Source of the DNA: a virus
Direction: 5' to 3' (one strand)
DNA length: 64,000 nt
Virus record (IMG/VR): IMGVR_UViG_3300010157_000059
Location: 8,158-72,157 of that record
Shown: in pieces, positions 48,595-57,082 of the stretch
How the letters are laid out: the number at the start of each line of letters is the position of its first letter
Position numbering within the stretch: the first letter of the stretch is position 1
Position numbers and translations under genes: made by a program
The notes under the pieces: generated by a model
What the model was told of the DNA's origin: nothing
The model's input: the letters and a program-made list of their open reading frames with translations, nothing else
Database searches by the model: none

Positions 48595-49179
48595 ATGAGC
48601 ATACCGATTATTGGGCAGGGTCAGCGACCCTCTGCCGATAGCGGGCCTGTTAAAGAAATTATTGACAATGGCCCTAAAATTCGTATTCTTTACTGCTGGA
48701 ATTGCAAAACTATTGAAGAGCTTCCAGACTTTGAGGGTAACCCAGAAGATGATCTTTTATTAGAGATCTTAATTGAGCCTCATCAAAGTGCTGGCGTACC
48801 TCACAAGGGCACAGTATTTAAAGTACCCGTGGGTATTTGGTCTGTACAATCACAGCGTGAAGAAATTATCCGCCAAATGCGTGATCAGATCTCAGGCGGT
48901 CTAGATAACCTAGACGCAGGTTACTACGAGACTCGTGCTACCTTCTATGAAGATGCAATGACGTGTTACGCAACCCATCTTCGCCCTACAGATAGCTGCT
49001 CTGACTGGAAGTCAGAAACTAAGCGTCTGTTACCTAAGACAGATGCCCTGCGTAAAGATGCAGGGCTAATGTCAGCCAAGAGTTCAGCAAGCACAAGGGT
49101 GTACCTTTGTGACTTCTGTCCAGTAAAATCCGTAGTAATGACTAAGCAGCGCAATGCTGCTGGAATGTATAAGGAATAA
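48595..49179 (+). CDS. hypothetical Zn-binding protein
   Basis: YCWNC, C-x3-H, LCDFCP; AGGAG RBS before ATG 48595. Confidence 0.65.
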   Translation: MSIPIIGQGQRPSADSGPVKEIIDNGPKIRILYCWNCKTIEELPDFEGNPEDDLLLEILIEPHQSAGVPHKGTVFKVPVGIWSVQSQREEIIRQMRDQISGGLDNLDAGYYETRATFYEDAMTCYATHLRPTDSCSDWKSETKRLLPKTDALRKDAGLMSAKSSASTRVYLCDFCPVKSVVMTKQRNAAGMYKE

Positions 49180-49180
49180 A

Positions 49181-49474
49181 ATGTCAGAGATTAAGAATGA
49201 AGTTATTGACGCTATTGAAGAAGAACTAGCAGTAGAAGCAGATAAGCCTGTAATTGAGGCAGCTTTTATTGTAGCAATTGGTGAGGGTGGCCAGGTTTAC
49301 TTGGAACGTAATACCGAAGCTCTACGTCTTGATGTAAAGCGCGAAGCAACAATGATTGAAGTTCGCCGTTACATCTCAGAGATTCTCATGGATCTTCAGG
49401 CACAAGCAGCCGGTGAGTACACCCTCACAGCTCTTATGTCCGCACAAAATAACTCTGCACCAGCTGCAGAATAA
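49181..49474 (+). CDS. hypothetical protein
   Basis: AAGGA RBS before ATG 49181. Confidence 0.6.
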   Translation: MSEIKNEVIDAIEEELAVEADKPVIEAAFIVAIGEGGQVYLERNTEALRLDVKREATMIEVRRYISEILMDLQAQAAGEYTLTALMSAQNNSAPAAE

Positions 49475-49488
49475 CCTATTCGGATTGG

Positions 49489-49719
49489 ATGCCAAATATG
49501 TACGTTGAAATGGCTTGTTCATGTACCTCTTCTTTCTCTTTGGATACGCAAGAGGAGTATGTCGAGCCTATTTGGCATCTAATCTGGAGGTTTGCTAATG
49601 CCCACATTCGTTGTGGCTATGTTACTCCAGTAGTTAATGTTGATGAGGAAATTGACGCAGAGTTAGATAAAAAGAAGGCTAAGGTAACCTCAGCTCATGA
49701 AGAAGAGGATGATGAGTAA
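49489..49719 (+). CDS. hypothetical protein (CxC...H..C)
   Basis: 76 aa with an acidic tail. Confidence 0.55.
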   Translation: MPNMYVEMACSCTSSFSLDTQEEYVEPIWHLIWRFANAHIRCGYVTPVVNVDEEIDAELDKKKAKVTSAHEEEDDE

Positions 49720-50655
49720 ATGTCATATCTTAATTCTTTTAATGGAGATGATGTAAATGTTTCACCCAGCTCAACATCTTATTTTAGCGACCCATCCTCA
49801 GGATTAGATCCTAATCTTTTTGAGGGGATGCATATTCGCTCTTGGGTCAGAAATAGCATTCTAAGAATGTTGTTTGAACACCTTGCTGTTCTTTACCAAG
49901 ACCCAAATCGTTGGATATCTGCCTGGCTTGCAGGGTCTGGAGTCTCATATCAATGGGAAAGTGCTAGATCCCCTGGAGATCTAGATTGTCTAGTGGGCAT
50001 TGATTATGTTACTTTTAGGCGTTTTAATTCTGATTACTCAGGTTTAAGTGACGTTGAAATCTCTAAGATGTTTAACGAGTCTTTTCACAGAGATTTAATG
50101 CCAGACACCTCGAACTGGGAGGGTTACGAGCTAACTTTTTACGTAAATTCCCAGTCAAATATTGTTGACATCAACCCTTATGCAGCGTATGACCTAATTA
50201 ATGACACCTGGACTGTAGAGCCTAGTCGTTCCCAAAACCCTCCCTACTCAAAAATGTGGGAACAGCGTACTTCTAAAGACGAAGAAACTGCTGTTGGGTT
50301 AGTAAAAAAGTATTCTCAGGCATACTCAGAGTTTAAAAACTCTCTTAATAACCCTATAACAAGAGCTAATGCCGAGCGTAAGCTCAGGATGGCAATTGAT
50401 CAGTCTGCCGCTTTTTATGAGGAACTACACACTGGTCGTAAGACTGCTTTTAGTAAGACTGGGGCAGGTTACGCAGACTTTAACAATTACCGCTGGCAAG
50501 CAGGTAAACAATCTGGGATTGTACAAGCGCTTAAGTTAATTAAAAATTACCGCGACGAGGCTATTAAGAACAATGATTTGGAAATGTATGGCGTAGAGAT
50601 GCCTAGCCCAGACGTATTGATTCGCCGCAGCGCCACCTACAGGATTACTCAATGA
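49720..50655 (+). CDS. Pol-beta-superfamily nucleotidyltransferase
   Basis: LAGSG...GDLDCLV (GS...DxD), later YELTFY and AYDL. Confidence 0.75.
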   Translation: MSYLNSFNGDDVNVSPSSTSYFSDPSSGLDPNLFEGMHIRSWVRNSILRMLFEHLAVLYQDPNRWISAWLAGSGVSYQWESARSPGDLDCLVGIDYVTFRRFNSDYSGLSDVEISKMFNESFHRDLMPDTSNWEGYELTFYVNSQSNIVDINPYAAYDLINDTWTVEPSRSQNPPYSKMWEQRTSKDEETAVGLVKKYSQAYSEFKNSLNNPITRANAERKLRMAIDQSAAFYEELHTGRKTAFSKTGAGYADFNNYRWQAGKQSGIVQALKLIKNYRDEAIKNNDLEMYGVEMPSPDVLIRRSATYRITQ

Positions 50656-51122
50656 CCATTTTAATGAGCATAGAAGGTGTTTTAAAGAAAGAAAACGGTG
50701 ACCCTATTCCTGAGGGGTTTAAGCTTTATAGAACGCTTCTATCTTCTTACAGAATTGTTTTATCTATAGATGATGACCTTAAAAAAACGGATCATTGGTT
50801 AAAAACTAATTATTTATTTGATTACGCAGACGTGCTCACCAATAAAAACTTCTACAGTGGGCAAGAGTTGCGTCTTCGACACATAGATCTAGTAAAGCAG
50901 GGAGAAAAGTTAGAGTTATTTATTGATTCTGACCCCGAAATGTGCGCCAAAGTACTTGCTGATGGAATACCCACTTTGCTAGTTTCTACACCTAAATATT
51001 TTCAAACCCATAAAGATATTAAACCTTGGGATGTAATTACTAAAGAACAAGAACGACAAAAAGAAATTCTTGCCGAGATGTACACAAAGCAGATGAATGA
51101 AGAAGGGCAGCGTTGGGAGTAG
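50652..51122 (+). CDS. HAD-fold protein (degenerate)
   Basis: MSIEGVL in place of DxDGVL; C-terminal LFIDSDP...GIPTLL. Confidence 0.55.
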   Translation: MTILMSIEGVLKKENGDPIPEGFKLYRTLLSSYRIVLSIDDDLKKTDHWLKTNYLFDYADVLTNKNFYSGQELRLRHIDLVKQGEKLELFIDSDPEMCAKVLADGIPTLLVSTPKYFQTHKDIKPWDVITKEQERQKEILAEMYTKQMNEEGQRWE

Positions 51123-51125
51123 GCC

Positions 51126-52589
51126 ATGGAGATTATATTTCTGGGCGGTGAAGTACCTTCTAACCGAGAACTGCTCATCCGTAATAACGTTAAAGCTATT
51201 GGGCTTAACTACTGGGCCCTGAAGCGTAGGGGTTTACCTAAGACCAAAGACTATCTATTATCAGAAAGATATCCTGATGATGTCAAGGTGTACGTGGACG
51301 GCGGAACTACAGCTGCGGCTAAAGCTGGGCTATCTGTACTAGAGCTCGAAGAATACTGTGAGGAATACCAAGACTGGGTATCTCTCAATGAGGATAGAAT
51401 TTCTGGAGCTACCGAATTTACTAACCCAGCTCTTGGAGATGCCTGGACTAAAACTCAGCGGGAAACTTTCTGGGAATACACTCCTGAAGGCATGTTTTGG
51501 CCGGTATGGTCAGGTGGTCATATTGACTTAGCGCATTTGGCTAAAAATTATAGTAATTTTGCTATTCCAGGTGAGTTTGTAGAATCTGATAAAGCTCTAG
51601 CAGCTAAGGTGCGAGCTTTAGGGCATCAGTACGAATTTAACGTGCATGTTATTGCTTGTGCAAAACCCGATAATATGCGTCAAGTTCCCTTTGAAACGGC
51701 CAGCACTTTGTCATGGCTAAGTCCTATGATGAGGGGCGAGACTATCGTATGGGATGGTAAAAAGTTAGTTCGTTACCCAAAAAAGATGAAGGATCAAGCC
51801 CGTCCACGTTACAAAAGGATCATTGAGGAAGCAGGCTTAGATTTTGATAAGATACTTGAAGATGATCCTAATGAGGTAACTAACCTCGCAATTTGGTCAT
51901 ACTTAGAATTGGAGAAGACATTGGACAACAATGACCCACTGTTATCTGATAACAGCGATTACATAGATGATCCCGGTGACGCGGAAACAGGGGGTAATAA
52001 CCCTGATAACAGTGTGGTTCAGGTGCGGAAAGAACTTGCACAAATTCCTCTATCAGAGATGAAAACTTTGCCCGTTTTTGGGGTAGAAAATCGTACTGTA
52101 GTAGACCATGATTCAGACGGTAGAACAGTCATAAAGAGTGTCCCAGTACTCAGTTCTAATAGTGTATCTTTACGCCAATGTGACACCTGTTTTGTGGCAT
52201 CAAACTGCCCTGCATTCAAGCCTCAAAGCGCTTGTTCTTTTAGTCTTCCAGTAGAGGTAAAAACCAAAGATCAACTACGCGCATTGCTTAATGCAATCAT
52301 TGAAATGCAGGGCGCTCGTGTAGCATTTGCAAGGTTTTCTGAGGAATTAAATGGTGGCTACCCTGACCCAAATACTGGTCAAGAAATTGATAGACTATTC
52401 AAGTTAGTAGAACAGCTAAAGAAGTTAGAATCTAACAATGAGTTCGTTAGGATGACTGTTGAACGTCAAACTAGCGGGGGCGTTTTAAGTAATTTATTTG
52501 GTGATAAAGCAGCCCCTTTAAAGGACCTTCCTAACGGGGGTTTGGGCGAAGAACAGGTTACTAGAATCATCTCTGATTCTATAGATTAA
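51126..52589 (+). CDS. tRNA-guanine transglycosylase (TGT/DpdA)-like fold protein with C-terminal Cys cluster
   Basis: VYVDGG (cf. DSG), FWPVW, H-x-x-x...PFETASTLSW...RGE (cf. PF.S.DS.SW...G); C-terminal CxxC-x5-C-x8-C. Confidence 0.45.
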   Translation: MEIIFLGGEVPSNRELLIRNNVKAIGLNYWALKRRGLPKTKDYLLSERYPDDVKVYVDGGTTAAAKAGLSVLELEEYCEEYQDWVSLNEDRISGATEFTNPALGDAWTKTQRETFWEYTPEGMFWPVWSGGHIDLAHLAKNYSNFAIPGEFVESDKALAAKVRALGHQYEFNVHVIACAKPDNMRQVPFETASTLSWLSPMMRGETIVWDGKKLVRYPKKMKDQARPRYKRIIEEAGLDFDKILEDDPNEVTNLAIWSYLELEKTLDNNDPLLSDNSDYIDDPGDAETGGNNPDNSVVQVRKELAQIPLSEMKTLPVFGVENRTVVDHDSDGRTVIKSVPVLSSNSVSLRQCDTCFVASNCPAFKPQSACSFSLPVEVKTKDQLRALLNAIIEMQGARVAFARFSEELNGGYPDPNTGQEIDRLFKLVEQLKKLESNNEFVRMTVERQTSGGVLSNLFGDKAAPLKDLPNGGLGEEQVTRIISDSID

Positions 52590-52646
52590 GACTTGCACTG
52601 CTACCTGATAACAGTGCTATAACCACGTGAATTAAGTTTGTCTAAT

Positions 52647-52674
52647 TTGACATTTTATAAAGTGCTACTAGAGT
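52647..52674 (+). promoter_or_regulatory. sigma70-type promoter upstream of nrdJ
   Basis: TTGACA-16 nt-TAGAGT. Confidence 0.5.
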
Positions 52675-52707
52675 TATGAACTCAGCAACTAAAAATAAGG
52701 AGTAAGT

Positions 52708-54732
52708 GTGTTTTCTTTTCGACTAACCGATGACTTTGTCGCTTCATATGAGGGCCAACCGGTGCCTTGGGGTTACACCGACGCAGGTAAAAACTCCATT
52801 GGAGAAATTACTTTTATGCGCACGTATTCTCGTTTAAAAGCTGACGGTACCAAGGAAACTTGGGTAGATGTATGTCGTCGTGTTATTGAGGGTATGTACT
52901 CAATTCAGAAAGATCATTGTTGGAATAGCCGTCTGCCATGGAATGGTGTACAGGCTCAGGCATCTGCGCAAGAAGCGTTTGACCGCATGTTTAACCTCAA
53001 GTGGACACCTCCAGGTCGTGGACTTTGGATGATGGGTACTGAGTATGTAATGGAAAAGAAGAACTCGGCTGCTCTGCAGAACTGTGCTTTTGTTTCTACT
53101 GATTCAATGACCAAGCACAATCCTGCCAAACCATTTGCGTTCCTAATGGAAGCATCTATGCTCGGAATTGGGGTAGGTTTTGACACTAAGGGTAAGGACA
53201 AGGGATTCACAGTCCACAAGCCAACAGATAAAACTTACGAGATGAAGATTCTTGACTCTCGTGAGGGTTGGCGCGACTCTACAGCTCTTTTGATCAATAC
53301 GTATTTAAAGGCGGATATGCCAACTATGGTCTTTGATTATAGTGAGATTCGTGAAGCTGGTCTCCCAATCAAGGGATTTGGTGGAACATCCTCAGGCCCT
53401 GAGCCATTGATTAAGTTGCACAAGCAATTGGTAGATCTCTTTGAGTCTAAGATTGGTCAGTCAGTAGATTCAATTATGATTACTGATATTGCTAATCTCA
53501 TTGGAGTCTGTGTTGTATCCGGTAACGTTCGCCGCTCAGCCGAGCTAGCTCTTGGCCAGCCAGATGATGTGGACTTTATCAATGCTAAGAATGCAGAGGT
53601 ATTCCCAACCCGTAACTCTTACGATCCAAAAAAGCCAGGTTGGGGTTGGATGTCTAACAACTCTTTAGAAGCTACAGTTGGTATGGATTACACCCCATTT
53701 GTAGAGAATATTGCGCTAAACGGTGAGCCAGGATTCATTTGGCTTGATGTATCTCGTAAGTATGGGCGTTTAAATGACCCAATTAATAACAAAGACACTC
53801 GTGTAGCAGGGTACAACCCTTGCGCAGAGCAAAGCCTAGAGTCATACGAATGCTGTACTTTGGTAGAAACATATATCAACCGTCACGACAGCCTAGAAGA
53901 TTTCCACCGTACTCTTAAGTTTGCATATCTTTATGCCAAGACTGTTACGCTTCTACCTACACATTGGGAAGAAACTAACGCAATCATGCAGCGTAACCGT
54001 CGTATTGGCTGCTCAGTATCTGGCTTAGCAGCGTTTGCTGACGTCAAGGGCCTTCCAGTTCTTCGTGACTGGCTAGACAAGGGCTACGATGTAGTACAGA
54101 AGTGGGACACTATGTACTCTGAATGGTTGTGTATCCGTGAGTCAGTAAAGACTACAACCGTAAAGCCATCCGGCACGGTATCAATTCTTGCTGGTGAAAC
54201 TCCTGGAGTTCACTGGCCTGTAGGTGGGCAATACGTACTCCGCTCCATTAGGTTCTCTAAACTAGACCCTATGGTTCCCCTATTTGAAAAGGCAGGTTAC
54301 CTTGTTGAAGATTCTATTACAGATCCCGAGAACACTGTGGTGGTATATTTCCCAGTTAAATCGGTAGCAGTGCGCCCTGAGGGTGACGTTTCATTGTTTG
54401 AAAAGGCTAACCTGGCAGCATTCGCGCAGCAGTATTGGTCAGACAACTCAGTGTCAGTAACTCTCAGCTTTAATAAAGAAGAAGAGGCCAAGCATGTGGG
54501 TACAATTCTACACATGTACGAAGGCCGGTTGAAGACGGTATCGTTCCTGCCACAGGGTAAGGACGTTTACCCACAGCAGCCATACACTGAAATTTCAGAA
54601 GACGAATACAAGAATTATGTAGGTACCCTGAAGAAGATCAGCCTAGCTAGCATCTACAAGAAGAACGCGCTAGATGCTGCTGGTGAAGCCTACTGCACCA
54701 CAGACACATGCGAGATCCCTAGCAAGCCCTAA
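52708..54732 (+). CDS. nrdJ: class II (adenosylcobalamin-dependent) ribonucleotide reductase
   Basis: RTYSR, PPGRGLW, NCAF, GNVRRSA, NPCAEQ, CTLVE, VKPSGT, C-terminal CTTDTC. Confidence 0.95.
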   Translation: MFSFRLTDDFVASYEGQPVPWGYTDAGKNSIGEITFMRTYSRLKADGTKETWVDVCRRVIEGMYSIQKDHCWNSRLPWNGVQAQASAQEAFDRMFNLKWTPPGRGLWMMGTEYVMEKKNSAALQNCAFVSTDSMTKHNPAKPFAFLMEASMLGIGVGFDTKGKDKGFTVHKPTDKTYEMKILDSREGWRDSTALLINTYLKADMPTMVFDYSEIREAGLPIKGFGGTSSGPEPLIKLHKQLVDLFESKIGQSVDSIMITDIANLIGVCVVSGNVRRSAELALGQPDDVDFINAKNAEVFPTRNSYDPKKPGWGWMSNNSLEATVGMDYTPFVENIALNGEPGFIWLDVSRKYGRLNDPINNKDTRVAGYNPCAEQSLESYECCTLVETYINRHDSLEDFHRTLKFAYLYAKTVTLLPTHWEETNAIMQRNRRIGCSVSGLAAFADVKGLPVLRDWLDKGYDVVQKWDTMYSEWLCIRESVKTTTVKPSGTVSILAGETPGVHWPVGGQYVLRSIRFSKLDPMVPLFEKAGYLVEDSITDPENTVVVYFPVKSVAVRPEGDVSLFEKANLAAFAQQYWSDNSVSVTLSFNKEEEAKHVGTILHMYEGRLKTVSFLPQGKDVYPQQPYTEISEDEYKNYVGTLKKISLASIYKKNALDAAGEAYCTTDTCEIPSKP

Positions 54733-54743
54733 GAGCCCAACAT

Positions 54744-54784
54744 AAACAATAGCCCCCGGCCTTATGGTCGGGGGCTATTGTTTT
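54744..54784. terminator. bidirectional terminator at the strand switch
   Basis: AAACAATAGCCCCCGGCC / GGTCGGGGGCTATTGTTT between convergent gene blocks. Confidence 0.85.
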
Positions 54785-54789
54785 AGCGG

Positions 54790-54963
54790 TTAATCTTTAA
54801 AGCCTTGATCATTTATTTCTATGTAATTGTCATACAACTTAACGTCACCATCTTCCCATAGAGTGGTGTTAATCTTGTTATGCTCTTGCCACTTTATAGC
54901 GGCAGCAGCATCTGACTCAGCTTCAACCCAATAGTACTGTACATGCATAATTTTATGCTTCAT
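54790..54963 (-). CDS. small hypothetical protein
   Basis: MKHKIMH...VEAES; similar to 56532-56693. Confidence 0.55.
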   Translation of the reverse strand: MKHKIMHVQYYWVEAESDAAAAIKWQEHNKINTTLWEDGDVKLYDNYIEINDQGFKD

Positions 54964-54965
54964 TA

Positions 54966-55070
54966 TTATTCCCATTCTTGTAGATAGTAGGTATCGGTGC
55001 GAGCACCGTCTTCTCCGTCTTTAACTCCTAGAGCCCAGTTATAAATCCAACTATATAAACGATTCAGCAC
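54966..55070 (-). CDS. microprotein (34 aa)
   Basis: Read by hand; GGAGGT RBS + GTG; MLNRLYSWIYNWALGVKDGEDGARTDTYYLQEWE. Confidence 0.45.
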   Translation of the reverse strand: MLNRLYSWIYNWALGVKDGEDGARTDTYYLQEWE

Positions 55071-55575
55071 GTAGCACCTCCAAAGTATGTTCGTCTAAGT
55101 CTTGAACGCGTAGTACTTTATCTAAGTTACCTTGTACTACTCGTATAGGCCCAGGCTCAGGCCATATGTAGTCAAGGTTGTCGGGCACGTCCCAGCCGTA
55201 CCTGCCGTAGAACACAGGGTCTTTGCGTAGTAAGTTAGATTGATGGGATCTATGTAAGTACTCGTTACTATACCAATGAGGCATGACAACCCTACGGTTG
55301 GTATGCTCATCTATTAAAGCATTTATCTTGTCAGTGCAAGAGTCTTTGAACCCACGATCGATCCACTCTTCACACATTGCTATGCCGTACAAGCCAAGAG
55401 CTACTTCATGCCCCCGCCACATTACAGCAGCTGGGTGATTTACCCAACCCTTGGTTAAGCCAAAGTTAGCTTTTAGTAACTGTAGTACTTCTACACGTTG
55501 CTTACCTAAACGACGATAGTCTAGTAATTTAGCTGACTCTTCGTAGTCAGCTACAGGTAAAAAAGTATTAACCAT
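55051..55575 (-). CDS. pyrimidine-dimer DNA glycosylase-like protein (MSMEG_6728/DenV family)
   Basis: NTFLP...LDYRRLGKQRVE...HPAAVMWRG...CEEWIDRG...HRSHQSNLLRKDP.FY. Confidence 0.85.
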   Translation of the reverse strand: MVNTFLPVADYEESAKLLDYRRLGKQRVEVLQLLKANFGLTKGWVNHPAAVMWRGHEVALGLYGIAMCEEWIDRGFKDSCTDKINALIDEHTNRRVVMPHWYSNEYLHRSHQSNLLRKDPVFYGRYGWDVPDNLDYIWPEPGPIRVVQGNLDKVLRVQDLDEHTLEVLRAESFI

Positions 55576-55768
55576 TGTCCCTCTTGTTAATTGTTGTTTT
55601 AGCGCTTTCTATGACGCCAATCAGGTTAAGAACTGATACTTGACGTTCTCCATTTACGTCAATTGTTGAGAATTCAATTGCGCTTTTCATTACTACATCT
55701 AACACGCTAGTTACTAGATCGTTAGATGCTTTAACAATCTTGATCATGATTTCTTCTGTGTTATCCAT
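55568..55768 (-). CDS. hypothetical protein
   Basis: Start reassigned to ATG 55768. Confidence 0.5.
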   Translation of the reverse strand: MDNTEEIMIKIVKASNDLVTSVLDVVMKSAIEFSTIDVNGERQVSVLNLIGVIESAKTTINKRDNG

Positions 55769-56051
55769 CTGTCTTTTCCTTTTTCTTCTGGTTGGTACCC
55801 TTGAGTGTTGACACGTCAAAGCCTACTTGGCGTAGTGACATGTACATGTTTTGGCGTTGGCGGCCATTGCCAGCTGGCGTAGATGGGATAGATACTTGTT
55901 GCTTCGTTACGGGGTTAAGTACTTTGACGTGCTTATTACCTTTCTTACTAACAACAAAGCCGGCTCGTTCCAACTCACGAACAATCCGGCGTATCTCTTT
56001 ATCTGGAGAGATCATTGCTAGTGCAAAAATTACTTTTCTATATTCATTCAT
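55761..56051 (-). CDS. HicA-like (dsRBD-fold) protein
   Basis: IVRELERAGFVV..KGNKHVKV...VSIPSTP. Confidence 0.7.
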   Translation of the reverse strand: MNEYRKVIFALAMISPDKEIRRIVRELERAGFVVSKKGNKHVKVLNPVTKQQVSIPSTPAGNGRQRQNMYMSLRQVGFDVSTLKGTNQKKKEKTDG

Positions 56052-56196
56052 AATTTAACTCCTCTAAGTAATTTTGTACAAACTCTTCTACAGAGTTTTT
56101 AAACTCTTCCCAATCATCTTGATCCGTTATGTAATGCATACCAATTAAGTTTTCTGCACTCCATGAGATAGACTCATCTAACCATTGCTCATCCAT
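56044..56196 (-). CDS. small acidic protein
   Basis: AAGGAGG RBS before ATG 56196. Confidence 0.6.
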   Translation of the reverse strand: MDEQWLDESISWSAENLIGMHYITDQDDWEEFKNSVEEFVQNYLEELNYE

Positions 56197-56223
56197 TGTT
56201 CCTCCTTGTTTTTTGTGTAGAAA

Positions 56224-56301
56224 GAGTAGGGCCAGCCGGAAACGTTCGCTACTTTGACGCATTGCGACTTACATTTTGCTATGTTCGACTGCACCCTACT
56301 C
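56224..56301 (-). ncRNA. candidate structured ncRNA 3' of tRNA-Arg
   Basis: Ends pair: GAGTAGGG/CCCTACTC then CAGTCG/CGGCTG. Confidence 0.45.
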
Positions 56302-56306
56302 CTTAG

Positions 56307-56379
56307 TGCCCTCGGCTGGATTCGAACCAGCGGCACGCAGGGTAGAAACCTGCTGCTCTATCCCCTGAGCTACGAGGGC
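56307..56379 (-). tRNA. tRNA-Arg(UCU)
   Basis: GCCCTCG/CGAGGGC acceptor, GCTC/GAGC D-stem, GCAGG-TT TCT AC-CCTGC anticodon arm, GCTGG-TTCGAAT-CCAGC T-arm; CCA not encoded. Confidence 0.93.
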
Positions 56380-56395
56380 GGGCATTCACAATGCC

Positions 56396-56542
56396 CTATG
56401 AATCTATCACATTGTGACAGCTACAGCCACATACAAGACCAGGTTGAGTAGTCTCGTATGGGCATTTTTCATGCTCTTTGTATTCTTCTATGCCACCACA
56501 CCAACCTGTGACATAGACGCTTGCACTACGCTTAGTAGCCAT
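56396..56542 (-). CDS. small Cys/His protein (48 aa)
   Basis: Read by hand: WC...H..C...CGCSCH. Confidence 0.55.
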   Translation of the reverse strand: MATKRSASVYVTGWCGGIEEYKEHEKCPYETTQPGLVCGCSCHNVIDS

Positions 56543-56693
56543 TGATCTCTAAACGTTCATCATAAAGTTCAATGCCATCCTCTTGCCATGGAGACATTCC
56601 TATTTTTGGATGGTTAGCTGCTTTTAATAAAGCCTCATCCGATGTTTCAGCTGTTACTAAATAGCTTATTACTTGTGTGATTTCGTATTGCAT
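56532..56693 (-). CDS. small hypothetical protein (53 aa)
   Basis: Read by hand; AAGGA RBS; MQYEITQVISYLVTAETSDEA... Confidence 0.55.
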   Translation of the reverse strand: MQYEITQVISYLVTAETSDEALLKAANHPKIGMSPWQEDGIELYDERLEINGY

Positions 56694-56832
56694 GTGGGCG
56701 TCCTTTGTTTACGTTGGTTAAACGAGTTGTTAACCATTAAGGTATTTTAATTGTCTTGTGGGGGTCACTACTTAAGTCAGATAAGATTGAGATACAACCT
56801 CCTCCAAGGTGTGTAGTTATCCCCGTAACTAA

Positions 56833-56873
56833 TAAGAGGCTCCAGACTAACGGCTTTAGTCTGGAGCCTCTTA
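56833..56873. terminator. strong hairpin/terminator
   Basis: TAAGAGGCTCCAGACTAA / TTAGTCTGGAGCCTCTTA perfect stem. Confidence 0.75.
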
Positions 56874-56876
56874 CCT

Positions 56877-57059
56877 TTAGGTTACAGTAATACTTGGCTG
56901 GAATGACTGCTCGCCCGGCAGGTCTAACTCAGTGTCAAGGATGACGCAATTGTTAGCACTGTCGATGAGAATAACATTCCAGTTTGTTCGATCAGTAAGG
57001 TCGATATCACGACAATCATCTACATGTAATGTCATACTGATGTCTACTATTCGTATCAT
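56877..57059 (-). CDS. hypothetical protein
   Basis: GGAGG RBS. Confidence 0.55.
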   Translation of the reverse strand: MIRIVDISMTLHVDDCRDIDLTDRTNWNVILIDSANNCVILDTELDLPGEQSFQPSITVT

Positions 57060-57082
57060 GTTTCCCCTCCCATATTTAGTTA

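Noticed and set aside
29422-54732. Inteins or introns in polA, recA or nrdJ
   Set aside because: Lengths are normal and there are no splice-junction or homing endonuclease motifs
56224-56306. Theta/HDV-like ribozyme at the tRNA 3' end
   Set aside because: The ends pair as a simple closing helix; no P3/L3 or nested double pseudoknot could be drawn
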